Positions 46,159 to 60,527 of a stretch of DNA of 64,000 bases are shown one piece after another. The stretch is taken from NCBI RefSeq assembly GCF_009914755.1, contig NC_060938.1; one strand, 5' to 3'. The position numbers were made by a program, and so were the translations under genes. Within the stretch, counting starts at the first letter, position 1, and each line of letters starts with the position of its first letter. The notes under the pieces are model-generated. The model saw only the letters and a list, made by a program, of their open reading frames with translations, had not been told where the DNA came from and searched no databases. The DNA is from the human T2T-CHM13v2.0 reference genome, Homo sapiens.

Positions 46159-46621
46159 TTATATTCTTGTTTTTTTCTTTTCCAGGAAGATATGCTGTGA
46201 GCTAGTATTATATTCATTAGTTCTTAATGCAAACCATAGTTAAGAATACATCTAGAATGTGAGTTTCTTATGATTATGCCTTCTGTCTTATTTATAGTTT
46301 TTACTTTCTAAGCTATGAAGACATATTTATAATTAAGAAACTCAATCTTCAGAGTTTAATTAACGCATTTGACATATTTTATGTCTGAATTGCTTTCCCT
46401 GTTTGACTTTGATGATATGCCTTGGGATATGGACTATGTATACAATGATTCATATAGTGATGCATACTTGGAGTTCAATAATGATAAACAATAAAGAAAT
46501 ATTACCTAACAAAGATACAACTTTCATGCTAAGGACAAATTAGCTAAATGACTTAGAATTATTTTGCTTTTATATTGGAAAGCAAAGACATATCTTCATT
46601 GAATGAAATAACACTTTTCAT
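46159..46621 (+). repeat. Local direct duplication, copy 1 (~460 bp)
   Basis: Collinear with 47757-48225 over the full length. Confidence 0.95.
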
Positions 46622-47756
46622 GTGTCCATTGACAAATCCCCTCTCCTGTGCAGATAGAGATGGAAGTCAGATATCTAACAGTAATCCTTATTGGAATGAG
46701 TAGGGCCCAAATCACCTAGTAAATGGTTTCATTAATGATATTGTCTCTGTATAACTTCCAATCCTAGATTTTCTTAATCCAAAACAGACTCAAGTCACTG
46801 ATGGATACATGCCTTCAGAACCAGAGGATTGGCAGATGAAATGCATCAGAGGATACACCAAAAAGCATAAACACAGCTTCTGTAGATAAATCTTAAATAT
46901 ATAATACTTCAAAATGTCAATGGCCAAGTACACAAAACATAAATTCATTTTCTCAGGTTTTGGCATCATTTGCTTTAGAACTCAATGATCAAATGACATT
47001 GGGATTTCTGTAAGTTCTCAAATGTACTTGATTTATCCCAAAAGATCACTTGTAAATTGAGTTTTAAAAATTCAGTTATGTATTATGTTTCCAGAAAGGC
47101 TCACCAATTCTGAATTTTTAGACCCTTTGAATAGCGTAGCTTAATTTAATTTCTATAACTTCACATATTTGAATTCATTTTTTCTTAAAATGAGAGTTAT
47201 ATTAAAAATAAAAACAAAAAGTGTCAAATTTAAATAAATATATATTGGGAAACTACTATGTGCCAAATGTTGAAGGTATTGAAGACATGGGTAGAAGAAT
47301 AGATACATAGATATTGATAGGCAGATATTCATAGAGGTAGAGACAGAGACAGAGATAGGGATATGTATCTGTTCATCAATCTATCTTTTTTTTTGCATTT
47401 CACATTGGGCAAATATGATGACCTTCCCATTATATAACAGGAGGTTAGCACAGTATAAAGAATGGTAGTCAAATACTGTCTTTATGCCTGTGATGCTTTG
47501 TGGTGCAGAACCATTAACAACTGGGTAAGTTGAAAGTAAAGTGAAAAGGTTTCATTGGAAACCTGAGCTCTTTTTGCTTCTACTCTTTTTTCCTTTTGAA
47601 AACTAGACAAATTATTGAGGTAAAAGCACCACGTTTTCAAGAATACAATCAAGGTTATTGTAAACCAGGATTCTGTCTTTTCGACGAAGTAAGAAGCTAT
47701 AGTGGGAGAAAGATTAACAGAGAGTAGAGGGTAATCTTGGCAGCACCCTCCCCATA

Positions 47757-48225
47757 TTATATTATTGTTTGTTTGTTTTCTAGGAAGATGTCCTGTGAGC
47801 TAAAATTATATTCATTAGTTCTTAATAGCAAACCATAGTTAAGAATATACCTAGAATGTGAGTTTCTTATCAGTAGGACTTTTGTCTTATTTATAGTTTT
47901 TACTTCCTAAGCTATGAAGGCATATTTATAAGTAAGAATCTCAATCTTCGGAGTTTCATTAACTCATTTGACATATTTTATATCTGAATTGCTTTCTCTA
48001 TTTGACTTTGATTGTATGCCTTTGTGGTAGGAACTAGGTATATAATGATTTATATAGTGATGCTTACTTGGAATTCAATAAATAATAAATAATAAAAAAA
48101 TATTGCTAGCAAAGATACAACTCTGATGCTAAGGACAAATTGGCTAAATGACTTAGAATTACTTTTGCCTTTATACTGGAAAGCAATGACATAACATCTT
48201 CATTGAATAGAGTTACACTTTTCAT
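47757..48225 (+). repeat. Local direct duplication, copy 2 (~465 bp)
   Basis: Collinear with 46159-46621; roughly 85% identical by eye. Confidence 0.95.
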
Positions 48226-48729
48226 CATTTTAATATCTCAAATTAATCTAGCTGTGCATGTTCCCTCTTCCTCCCATTTGAAGCTTTAAATTCACCTTTA
48301 CATACATTTTGTAAAATGCTATCATTTTATTGAATATGAATTTTGAGTGATATCAAATAAGAACTGAGTTGGCAAATGATATAGTCTAGTTCATCAGCTC
48401 AGCACAGTATACACAGTAGCATTTGGAGTCACTCAAAATTAACTTAAATAATGAAGGTGAAAATATTTCACTTGCACTTACCTTTATTTCTGGCTTTCAT
48501 ATACCATTTCCTTTCAGATCATGAACTGTTCAGTCTTTTGTGCTGTTATCAGTGTTCAATTCTTTGGCATGGCATGCAGCAAGCATCTCTCCAGGATGTC
48601 AAATCAGAGAAGAATGTACTTATGTTGCTTGCTTCATTGTGATATTCATGTAGGCTGAAGTCTGATGGAAGGAAAAAATCCTATAGAAGATGCTCACGGT
48701 TTTGCTCATTCCCACCTCAGGATCTCTGA

Positions 48730-49570
48730 CAAGCTGTTTTCTGCCTGGAACACTCTTCTGCTTCTCCTTCTTGTATGATTCTTTCATCTTTTTTCTGGCA
48801 ACTTATTATTCATCATTCATGTTTCAGATGAAATGATTCTTCCTCAGGAGAGCCCTCTACTCCACTTCTACCTTCTACATAAGTTAGGTACCTTATTAAC
48901 ATTACTCATACCCCCCTGTACTCCACATAACATTATATTTATTAGATTAACCATGACTTATTGGAGATGCATCTTCTTAACCAGATAATAAATCCCACAA
49001 AGGATGAACTTCCTGAATTCATTACTATTGTGAAAGGAAAATAAATCTTGGTGCCTCAAAATCAATAAGCTAAAGGGAAAAGTCAAGCTGGGAACTGCTT
49101 GGGCAAACCTGCATCCCATTCTCTTCAAGGTCACCCTGCTGTTCATTGAGATAAATGCATATCTGATTGCCTCCTTTGGAAAGGTTAATCAGAAACTCAG
49201 AAGAATGCAACTATTTGTCTTTTATCTCCCTATGACCTGGAAGCCCCCTCCCTTCTTTGAGTTGTCCCTCCTTTGCTTCGAGTAGTCCCACCTTTTCAGA
49301 CCCAACCAATGTTCATCTTACATATGTTGATTGATGTCTCATGTCTCCTTAAAATGTGTAAAACCAAATGTGCTTTAACCACCTTGGGCACATGTCATGA
49401 GGACCTCTGAGGCTGTGCTATGGGAGGGCGTCCTCAACCTTGGCAAAATAAACTTTCTAAATTAACTGAGATCTGCCTCAGATATTTGGGGCTCACACTA
49501 TTGTCCCCAGAATACCAATCTGAGGTATACATAGCAATCATCTAATAAACATTTGCTGATTGATTAGAAG
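48730..49570 (+). mobile_element. L2 fragments flanking MER4A1
   Basis: gctgttttctgcctggaacactcttc...cttcctcaggagagccct; 3' end taataaacatttgctgattga. Confidence 0.6.
49029..49497 (+). mobile_element. MER4A1 (ERV1) solo LTR
   Basis: tgtgaaaggaaaataaatcttgg...gtcaagctgggaactgc...ggggctcaca; 4-bp TSD ctat. Confidence 0.9.
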
Positions 49571-52250
49571 AACATTATTTGATCATTTATGACCACTACC
49601 CAGTAAGATCACACATACTGTTGAGTCAAAAGAGTGAAGTTTTACTTTTGAATTTGGCTTGTAAATTAAGGAAGGCATTTTACTATCACAAATAGCTTTG
49701 AGGCTCAATCAATCAGTATTTGATACAAATCATGTGCTTTCCTTGAGCGACACTAATATACCAATGCAAAATGTTCAATAAATGTTCATAGAACCTGGAC
49801 ATTTCTAGGTCTGTAACCTGCGTAAATTGAACTGGTAAAGTTAACTTAGATTTTTTCCTTGGAAATGATATAAGATTATAATGTATTGGCATCCTCTGCA
49901 TAAAAAGAAAAAAGATTCATTGGCAATCTACATTTGAACTTAGCACAGGCTGAAAGGACTGCATTACAAAGGTTTATTCTTATTCTTATGAGTGATCCCT
50001 TGAGCTGGGATGAGAAGAAGGACTGGGAGGATAAGAAGAAATGGCTACAAAAGGCTGGAGAGAGGCAGAACCTCAAGTCAGGATCTGATGAAACCCAGAG
50101 AAAAGAGCTTTGCAATCTGAGTAAAGAATCACAGCTGCAGTATTGAAACACATGGGCTCCTCCTAAATAAATAACTCATCACAAGACAGAGTCATTACCA
50201 AGATGCTCCCAGAATGTTGGTGCAATATGAATACCTGTGTGTTACTGGCAGAGCAATGTGTAAATTATGGTAAACATTTTGTATGTGTGCTTGTTTGTTC
50301 ATTTTGGTGAATCAAGAAATTCCTGTATTACTGGAAATTACATAGGAAATCCCTTTATCACTCTCTCTATACATGTATTTTATGAGGAGAAGAAGAAATG
50401 CAGTATCTAATTGATACTTTATGAGGCAATGATATGAGAATTCTCTCTCTCCCTATCCAGGCCTGCAGATTTTTAGGAATTTAACCTCATTTGTTATTTT
50501 TAAATTTCATTTTCTGGGGCCCAATATTTATTGTGAAAGATAAAGTAAGCATATAGTTCTAGGAGATATAAGAAATTTTCTGCTTATCTTTAAAAATCTT
50601 GTCTATCTATAAGAAATCTAATCTAATTTAGCAACCTTAAAGGAAGATTAAATTATTGCAGGACTTTCTGTAATTCAAATCACCTGTTTAAGAAAACCAC
50701 TTAAGTACCACTTTAACAAGAAAAAGGTTTTACTAATGTGAGAGTATGAATAACCCATAGATTTAAGCTCTCTGAAAATAATGCATGCCTCTCGCTTAGT
50801 CCCCCTGTTTAGCCCACCAAACAGTTAGTTTAGAAGAGAAATTTATGTTTGATTTCTGAACCAACATGGTTTAGTAAATTAAATCACATTTGAAAGTTAA
50901 ATGCAAACAAACAACTGTCTGGTTCAAGTGTTAGAACCATTTGCTCTTTTTTCTGCTCCAAAATGTTTGTCTTGATTGAAATCGGTGGTCAATCTTTCTC
51001 TATCCTCTCTTCATTTTACTCACTCATTTATAAATTTCAACTGGTGATATTTCTACTAAAATAGTGTAAGAGAGGTAGATGTATTTAAATAGGAATATTA
51101 ATTTATTCATTCATCTCTTTTCATTACTATTTGTTATTCTGAGTAAAAACACAAAGGGTAGGATTCTTAATTATATTTAACCAGTTCTTGCGGTCAGTTG
51201 ATTTTATTTTATTAAATGTCAAACATTTATAGTAATGGCTCCAGTATGTTTTGAGGACATTATGAACATATGCTATTTGAGGGTCTTACAATTGGGCACC
51301 CATATTTTCAAAATACAAAATACCGTCTTGAATTTTATGATATTTTGCCATCTCTGTCTTTGTACTATTTTGTATCATTTGACAATATTAAATATCATTT
51401 GTTTATGAAACAAAGATTACTCTGAATAACCCTACATTTCCAGTTTCAGGGTAAAATGTAGTTGAAAGAAAAGCTAAACCTTATAATAATTACTTTAAGG
51501 TGTAGCAGTGGTTTAGGTTGTTCCAGGAAAATAGTTATTCTCTTGAAGAGTAGCAGCTTCCAGAATGTTGAATGCAAGGGTAACCAAGCATAAAGCCTTT
51601 TATATCTGGTCTTATGTGCACTTGAGAAATGACACCAGTTGCTTTTGCAGTAAAGTCCTTTTTAAATAAATCAACTCTGAAGAAAATTGAGAGTCCTCAG
51701 TGCTATAGAGAGAATCTGTAAAAAATCTTGAAGCTCAGGGGCACTGGAATGCTTAAGTGTGAAATCCATTATTCTACCATGATTAAAGCAGTTCGTCACC
51801 AATTAGAGGAGCGTGTTCTTAGTTAATCAATGGAGGTTAAAGAGTTTTCCCTTTCTTTCTAGAATTAGTTTCCTAATTAATAAAAGTGAATTTTAAAATG
51901 GCCTTCTGAGGAACAGCTGCGTTATCTATTGTTTATGGAACAGCCTCACAGTCATGCTTGTTTTTCGGCATGGAGAGAGAAATGAGAGTAATTTGCATAA
52001 GTGGAATATTATTTGCTCTGTTGATTATTTTTCTCTCTTTTTCCTTTTCTGGGTACTGTTCATTTCTATTATTTTAATGATAAGTGACTTTCAGGCAGAA
52101 AACAACTGTCTGTTATTTTTTGACCTCACAAAACAGGCTAAAAATATGTTCATATAAAATTAGTATTATATTAGACTGCATTACATGAACAGCAATATGT
52201 TCTTTGAGCAAGAGTCAAATTCATCCTAAATCTGTTTAAGACAAACGGAT

Positions 52251-52588
52251 ATAGGTTGAACATCCCTAATCCAGAAATCTGAAATTGGAAATGCTCCAAA
52301 ATCCAAAACTTTTTGAGTATTGACATGATAATATAAATGGAAATTTCTATACTTGACCTTGTGTGATGGGTTGCAGTCAAAATGCAGTCCGACTTTTTTT
52401 GTTGCACAAAATCGCTTAAAATATACAAAATTACCTTCAGGCTATCTGTATAAGGTATACATGAAACATAAATAAATGTGTTTAGACTCAGGTCCAATCC
52501 CCAAGATATCTCATTATGTATATGCAAATAATCAAAAATCTGAAACACTTCTGTCCCCATGCATTTTGGATAAGAGACATTCAACCTT
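52251..52588. mobile_element. Tigger4b/MER46 (TcMar-Tigger) MITE
   Basis: Terminal inverted repeats aggttgaacatccctaatcc / ggataagagacattcaacct; internal gaaatgctccaaaatcc. Confidence 0.85.
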
Positions 52589-52728
52589 CAGTATATAGTC
52601 TTAACATGTAGAAAGTTACATCTTCACTTGAAAATAGACTTTACAAAGTAGTTTTTAGCAGCAAACTATGATTTTTGAGGGACTTAATGCCACAATTCTA
52701 AAACTACCTTTAAAAAATGGAAGTTTTA

Positions 52729-53040
<312 letters not shown>

Positions 53041-53171
53041 TTATTTATCTAAAACTTAAAATGAATATTTCCTTGTGTTTCTTAAATATAATAACTACTC
53101 TCCTGAAAAGAAACAGATTTTCCTATCTAAATTTCACGACTGTGCTGTTTATTTTTTTAATTCATGGCAAT

Positions 53172-53568
53172 TGTTATGAGTTCAAAATTTATAAGTTGAA
53201 GTTCTAATTTCCAGCACCTCAAAATATGATCTTATTTGACCTTTATAGGGGCAAACAAGTTAAAGTGAAGTTCTTAGAGTAGGCCTTAATTTAATCTAAC
53301 TAGTGTTCTTATAAAAAGGGGATATTAAGACCCAGAGAGATACATATGAAAGAAAGATAGTGTGAAGAGACATAGGCAGAAGACAGCTATTTCTAGGCAA
53401 GGAGAGAGGTCTGGAACAGATTCTTCCCTCAGGACTCAAGGAATGGAGCCAAACCTCCTGCTGACACCTTGGGGTTGGACTTCCATGCTTCAGAACTGTG
53501 AGAAAATACATTATTATATAAGCTTCTGAGTTGTGATACTTTGTTATGGAAATCTTAAAATACTAATG
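53172..53568 (+). mobile_element. MLT1B MaLR LTR
   Basis: gtgttcttataaaaagggga...aaggagagaggtctggaacagattcttccctca...cagaactgtgagaaaata. Confidence 0.8.
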
Positions 53569-53659
53569 AAGTAATACAGTTATTGCTAGGTGGTATGTTT
53601 TAACGAAAAATTCTAATACTGTCTTTTATTTATATGTTAATTATGCTGCAGTTTAGAAG

Positions 53660-53890
53660 TAAAGTGTAAGTGCTAAGAGTCTTGGGCTCCAATATCCAAC
53701 CTGCCTATCCTCTAGCTATGAAACAATGGACACTTTCTATAACTTTCCTGTGCTGCAATTTCTTCATTTATAAATAGAAATAATAGTAGTTCCTAACATA
53801 CAAAAGTGGTTGTGAGGATTAAAATAGATGAAAAATATAAAATGCTTATCCAAGTGCCTGGGTTCTAGTAAATACTCCATAAATTTTAGT
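53660..53890 (+). mobile_element. MIR SINE
   Basis: caattttcttcatttataaatagaaataatagtagttcctaac...ggttgtgaggattaaa...gtgcctgg. Confidence 0.75.
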
Positions 53891-54006
53891 GGCCATAAAG
53901 GTGACAATTTACCAATACAAATTGCTTATCCAAGTGCCTGGGTTCTAGTAAATACTCCATAAATTTTAGTGGCCATAAAGGTGACAATTTACCAATACAA
54001 ATTGCT
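53843..54006. repeat. Perfect 80-bp tandem duplication
   Basis: 53843-53922 is identical to 53923-54002, followed by tgct microhomology. Confidence 0.97.
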
Positions 54007-56491
54007 AGTGGAGTTTCATCTATCATGAACGGAGAACATAACTAGGAATCTGCTGGATTTCTAAAAATTAAGATTTGCAAATATATCACAGCACATGGGG
54101 AAGACCTTACCATACTTCATGCTGTGTTACTGATTTCAACCAAAACTTTCTCAAAGCTTTCTTTATTGAATAACATACGTGCACTGTGGACTGTCCTATA
54201 TGCTCTCAAGGACACAAAGATGCACCAGTCAGCCATCCTAATGATAAGATATTGCTGTTTAGTTAGAGAGATTGCCTGTGGATACATGTGGCTCTATTAC
54301 AAAGGCTCGATTTCAAGAGAACAGCTGTCAAGATTGATTCTGACGTCTCTGCTTAGATCTGTACTCCACAGAGAAAGCATTCTTAAAACATCTTACCACT
54401 GTGGTTAGATACTTTAGCAAGTCATTCATTTTTTAATGAAGTTGTTAATTCACCACACCTTTATTTACAGCTTTATGTATGTCAGGTTTTGTGCTAGGCT
54501 CACCACTTGGACATATGGGATGAAAGAGCAAGAGAAGGAACTATGGAAAAATCAACTCCACTCAAGCAGATTTTGTGTAATTTTCCTGTTTAATAACTAT
54601 TAAAATATTAGCAGATAGAAAAGTGTCTCCTAGGTGCCCCTGGACAGAGTTTGTCCTACTTGTTTATGTTCTCATGGAAGCTGTGTTTACCTGAGTCATT
54701 GCACTTAATCATCTTATATTATTATTGATTCATTAAAAAAAACTATTCTGCTACATTCTCCAACATGTTTTGTTTTTTATATGCTTAGACCAGCATGGAA
54801 GCTGACATAAATCAAGTGCTTTATTAATAAGAGATTAAATTATTTATTCTAAAAGAGGGAGGAGGAGGAGGTAAATAATCATGAAGGAGGACTTAGTATT
54901 CAGGCAGAACTTGCATAAGACGAGGGAATAGACAAGAGAATATGGTGGGGGAAAAAGCTTCCAGGCAGATGGAAAATCCAGAGCTAAAGCACACATGTGG
55001 GGAAAGGAATATTTGCTGAAATTACAAACAAGTCAATTTGGCTAGGGTCTAGTATATATAAACGCAAATCAGGTAGCATTTAAAAAGGCAAATCCCATTT
55101 ACATCATGGAGGCTCATAAATGCAAGGCTAGGGAATCTCTACCTTAATTGTTACAGCTTAGGAAACAACACTCCATGATTCTTCATTGCCTCTGGCGTAA
55201 TCTGTCGACAGTGTATAATTTGGAAAAGACATGGGGGAGTTTCACTGGCATCCAGATATATTAATTCAAATTACTCTCTGGTTAATTCAACCCTGATATA
55301 CTTTAATCCATTAATACAAATTTCTTTCTTAGTTGTTTTGATACATTATGAATATGCCATTTAGCTGAATGTATTATGTTTCATGTTTTAGATTATTTAC
55401 TCTTAAATGAGCAGTTAAATGTACCTGCTGTGTCCAATAGATGCTAATAAATTTGATCTGCTTACATACATTGAAATATCTTGGAAAATATGAGATATAT
55501 GTAATATCAAAAAGTGATGAGTAATAAAATTAGATCATAATATGTAATACTTAAATTGAGAATATTATTTGTTTTCCTAAACATACTCATCAAATACTCC
55601 ATACAGGTCAAAGTAAAATGGAATCAGAAAGTGAAGCTTGAGCTAAAGCTACACGGTGCCACGATAACTTTAAGGAAAGGTAATATAGAAACCAAATCTA
55701 CAGTTTAAGGTGATTCTGGGCACTTGGTTGAAAAATATGCCAACAATATGCTGGTAAGAAAAAAAATCCTCTGAAACATCAAAATGCTGCATGATTCAGA
55801 TACGTAAAAATAGACATACTATGTATGCCTATAGGGAATACATTTTTGATGGCTGTCATGGGAAAATGCAATGCCTTCTCTATAACACTTGTTTCAATAT
55901 TGATAAATTTCAAAAACATAATGTTGCATGAAAAAAGTTGCAAAATTATTCTTAAACTTGAAAGTCATTAAAATTAGTTTTAATAGGTCCCATACAAAAA
56001 GTTTATTATATATTGATACAGAGATCTGTAATAAAATTATACACTTCTCCTTGGGAATGATATACCCTGACTTCAGAATCATAACTGTCTATGAGACGAA
56101 TAGGAGAAATATTAAAAAAGGGTGCTGGGGATGTAGAGGTATTGATGTTTATTTGTTTTTTAAAGCTAATATCTGTGTGTTATTAATACAAAACAAAATA
56201 AAATACTTAAAGCAAATGTGAGTTATTAGGGGAAACATCATTTTCAAGGCAAAACACTGATCTTAACCTCTTGCCCCCCGAACATTTAAGGTGCCCACTT
56301 CCCTTAAATCAAAGACATCCCACTTAGCTTTTTTCAGAGGCAAATTCTTCCAGGTTGCATGATACCTTTGCCTCCAGAATCAAAAGAAGCTGGACACTTT
56401 TATATCAAGAAGATAAAAGAGTAGGAAGGAAAGAATAAAGGGAAGAAATTTGGTTTTGCCTTTGGAGGCAATACATAGCCTGCATTTTAAA

Positions 56492-56494
<3 letters not shown>

Positions 56495-56536
<42 letters not shown>
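56495..56536. repeat. (TG)21 microsatellite
   Basis: Uninterrupted dinucleotide run. Confidence 0.97.
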
Positions 56537-56539
<3 letters not shown>

Positions 56540-56729
56540 GAAATGATTATCTCTATTAGTACTATATTACATTTTTATGTTTTTGCCATATTCTTCTATG
56601 TTATCTAATATTTCTAAAATGAGTGTGTATTACTTTTACCATCAGAAAAGAAAATACATTTTTAAACAGTTATAAGAAGATTAAATGTTAATGTAGAGAA
56701 AATAAAATGTTATGTAACCTATACACACT

Positions 56730-58155
56730 CTTAAAACTCAAAAAATAAAAATAAAAAAACAAACAATCCAATCTTAAAAGTGGGTTAAAAAACCTGTACA
56801 GACACTTCACCAAAGAGATATATAGATTGCAAATAAGCAATACAAATTTACAAAGATATTTGACACTGTTTCTCATTAGGAAATTGCAAATTAAAATAAA
56901 AATGAGAGACTACTACATACCTATTAAAATGGGCAAAATCCAAAGTACTAATAACACTAAGTGCTGGCAAGGATGTGAAGCACCAAGAATTCTCATTCAT
57001 TGATGGTGAGAATTATAAAATAGTACAGCCACTTTGAGAGACAGTTTAGCAGATTCTTACAAAACTAAGCATGATCTTGCCATATGTATTAGCCCATTTT
57101 CACGTTGCTGATGAAGACATACCAAGACTGGGTAATTTATAAAGCAAGGGAGGTTTAATGGACTCACAGTTCATGTGGCTGGGGAGGCCTCACAATCATG
57201 GCAGAAGGCAAAAGGCACATCTTACATGGTGGCAGGCAACAGAGAAATGAAAGCCAAGTGAAAGGGTAAACCCCTTATAAAACCATGAGATCTCATGAGA
57301 CTTATTCACTACCATGAGAACAGTATTGGGGAAACCACCCCCTGATTCAATTATCTCTCACTGGGTTCCTTTCACAACACATGGAGGTTATAGAAGCTAC
57401 AATTCAAGATGAGATTTGGATGGGGACACAGCCAAACCGTATCACCATAATATAGAGAAATTGTGCTCTTTGATATTTACCAAAATGGGTTGAAATCTTA
57501 TGTCCATACAAAAACCTACCCAGGAATGTTCATAGCAGCTTTTTCATAATTGCTGAAACCTTAAAGTAATAAAGATGTTCTTCCGTAGGTAAATGAATGA
57601 ATAAACCATGGTATATCCAGACAATGGAATATTACTTACTGCTAAAATGAAATAAAATAAAATTGAAAAGATATGGAGGATACTTAAATGCACATTACTG
57701 AATGAAAGAAGGAAATCTGAAAAAGCTACATGCTATAAGATTCCCACTATTTTTCATTCTGGAAAGGGCAAAACCATAGTGACAGTGAAAAGATCAGTGG
57801 TTGTTAGGGGTTAAGAGAAAAGGAGGGATGAACAGGCAGAGCACAGAAAATTTTTAAGACAGTGAAACTATTCTGTCAGATACTGCAGTGGTAGATACAG
57901 GTCAGTTATACACTTGTCAAAACCCATAGAATGTAGAACGGCAAGAATGATACCTAGTGTAAACTATGGACTTTGGGTGATAAAGATGTGTCAATGCAGG
58001 TTCATCAATTGTAACTGACATACCTCACTGGTGTTTAAATAGTGGGGAATGCTGTAAGAGTGTGGGGGAAGAGAGTTTATGAGAACTTTCAGTACTTTCT
58101 GCTCAATTTTGCAGGGGAACTAAAACTGGTTTGAAAAATAAAGTCTAATAAAAAT
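56730..58155 (+). mobile_element. L1MC1-like 3' end, split by THE1B
   Basis: cagacacttcaccaaagagata, gtcaaaacccatagaatgt, aaactatggactttgggtgata and terminal aaaataaagtct. Confidence 0.85.
57085..57444 (-). mobile_element. THE1B MaLR solo LTR
   Basis: tgtattagcccattttcac...ggggacacagccaaaccgtatca; 5-bp TSD ccata. Confidence 0.92.
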
Positions 58156-59158
58156 TACGTAAAATATATTATTAGTGTCTTAAAAAAATTATACAATCCA
58201 CACACATCACTACCTTTGTCCTTCCTCCTTTAGTGGAATAATTTTATTTTAAATTAGTTCAAATCAGTGAATGTTCATTAAGTTGCATGGATTTTGTTGG
58301 ACTTGATTTCTATCATTTTGAAGCTGAGGCATATTCTCACTCTGTTCTATTAAATTTAACGCATTTTAAAGCCATATTAATACATGAACTGTAATATAAT
58401 GGTAAAAGTGACAGATCCCTCTCTCTGAAAAAGCTCACAATGTCATAGGAAAGACTGTAATGTACACAAGTAAGTTCCAGTATCATAGAGTTTGCACAGT
58501 AATAAAAGCTTTACCCTGTACAGTAACTACTCCTAAATGGGCCAGTCAGGGTGAAAAAGGCTTCAGATAAATTTAAAATGTTAATATCGCAATGTCAGAG
58601 AATATCCTCTTAACAACCTCATTTCTGTATAATCTAACAGACCCAGAAGAGAGAGAACATTGTTCTCTTTCTACAAAGTAGCCAATTTGACAACACTGAA
58701 AACTCAAACATCTATTTGTTTTAATTTAATATATTTTTATTTCCTGATACATTTGGTAGAAGAAGAGCTTAAAGAGGAAAGAAATATTTTTTCTCAAGTT
58801 AAATGGTGGGGTAGCCAAGGCTGGTTCAGAGAATCCTCAATGTTTTCAGTACCACAGGCTCCTTCTATCTTTCTTTGCATTTCAACATGCTTTATGTAGC
58901 TCCATTGATCAAGATCGGCTCCTGGTTACAACAAGGAGTCCTTGTAACTTCAACCACCATATCTTCTTCCTGGGTGACAGAAAAAGAATACAGTAGAGCC
59001 AAAAAGCTTTCTTTTTAAATAAGTTGTTTCTTTTTAAATAAGTTGTTTGTTGAAGTGTATCATTCATGTATAAATAGTGCAAAAATCGAAGATACCACCT
59101 CAATTATTTTTTCCAAAATGAATTCATCCATGTAATCAACACTCAAGAAACAGAACAA

Positions 59159-59595
<437 letters not shown>

Positions 59596-60163
59596 TCATT
59601 TGTGTCTTGCCTTTTGTATGCAACATTACAATTGTGTGTTCAGTCATGTTAATTAGTAGGATGTTATTTATTTGCCAATGTAAAATAGTATGTCCTTGTG
59701 TGCAGTAAAATTTTACCATTTTACTGTTACTAGGCATTTAGGTAGTTTCCACTTCTAGGCTATTGCAAGAAATACAACTATGAAGATTTTTGTCCACGTC
59801 TCTTGTATATGCCTGCAAGTGGAAAACCCTGAGTCATTGGCATATATTAATCAATTTTCTCAAGAGGTTGTATCAATTCATATTTGAACCAGCAGTAATG
59901 AGATAATTCCAGTTGCTCCACATTCTTCTTAACACTTTGTATTTTCTACCTTTTATTTGTCTTTTGGTAGAGGTGTGATAATATTTTATCATGATTTTTA
60001 ACTCATATTTCCTGATGATTAATAAGACTAAGCCACAATTTTATGTTAAAGAGTAATTAAAATACTCTCTTTTATAAAGTGACATCGTATTTTTACCATT
60101 TTTCGTTGTAGTATATGATTTTTCTTATTGATATGTAGGATGTTTAAAAAAAAGCTCTATATG

Positions 60164-60527
<364 letters not shown>

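Noticed and set aside
52171-52584. 137-aa ORF
   Set aside because: Chance frame through a non-autonomous Tigger4 MITE.
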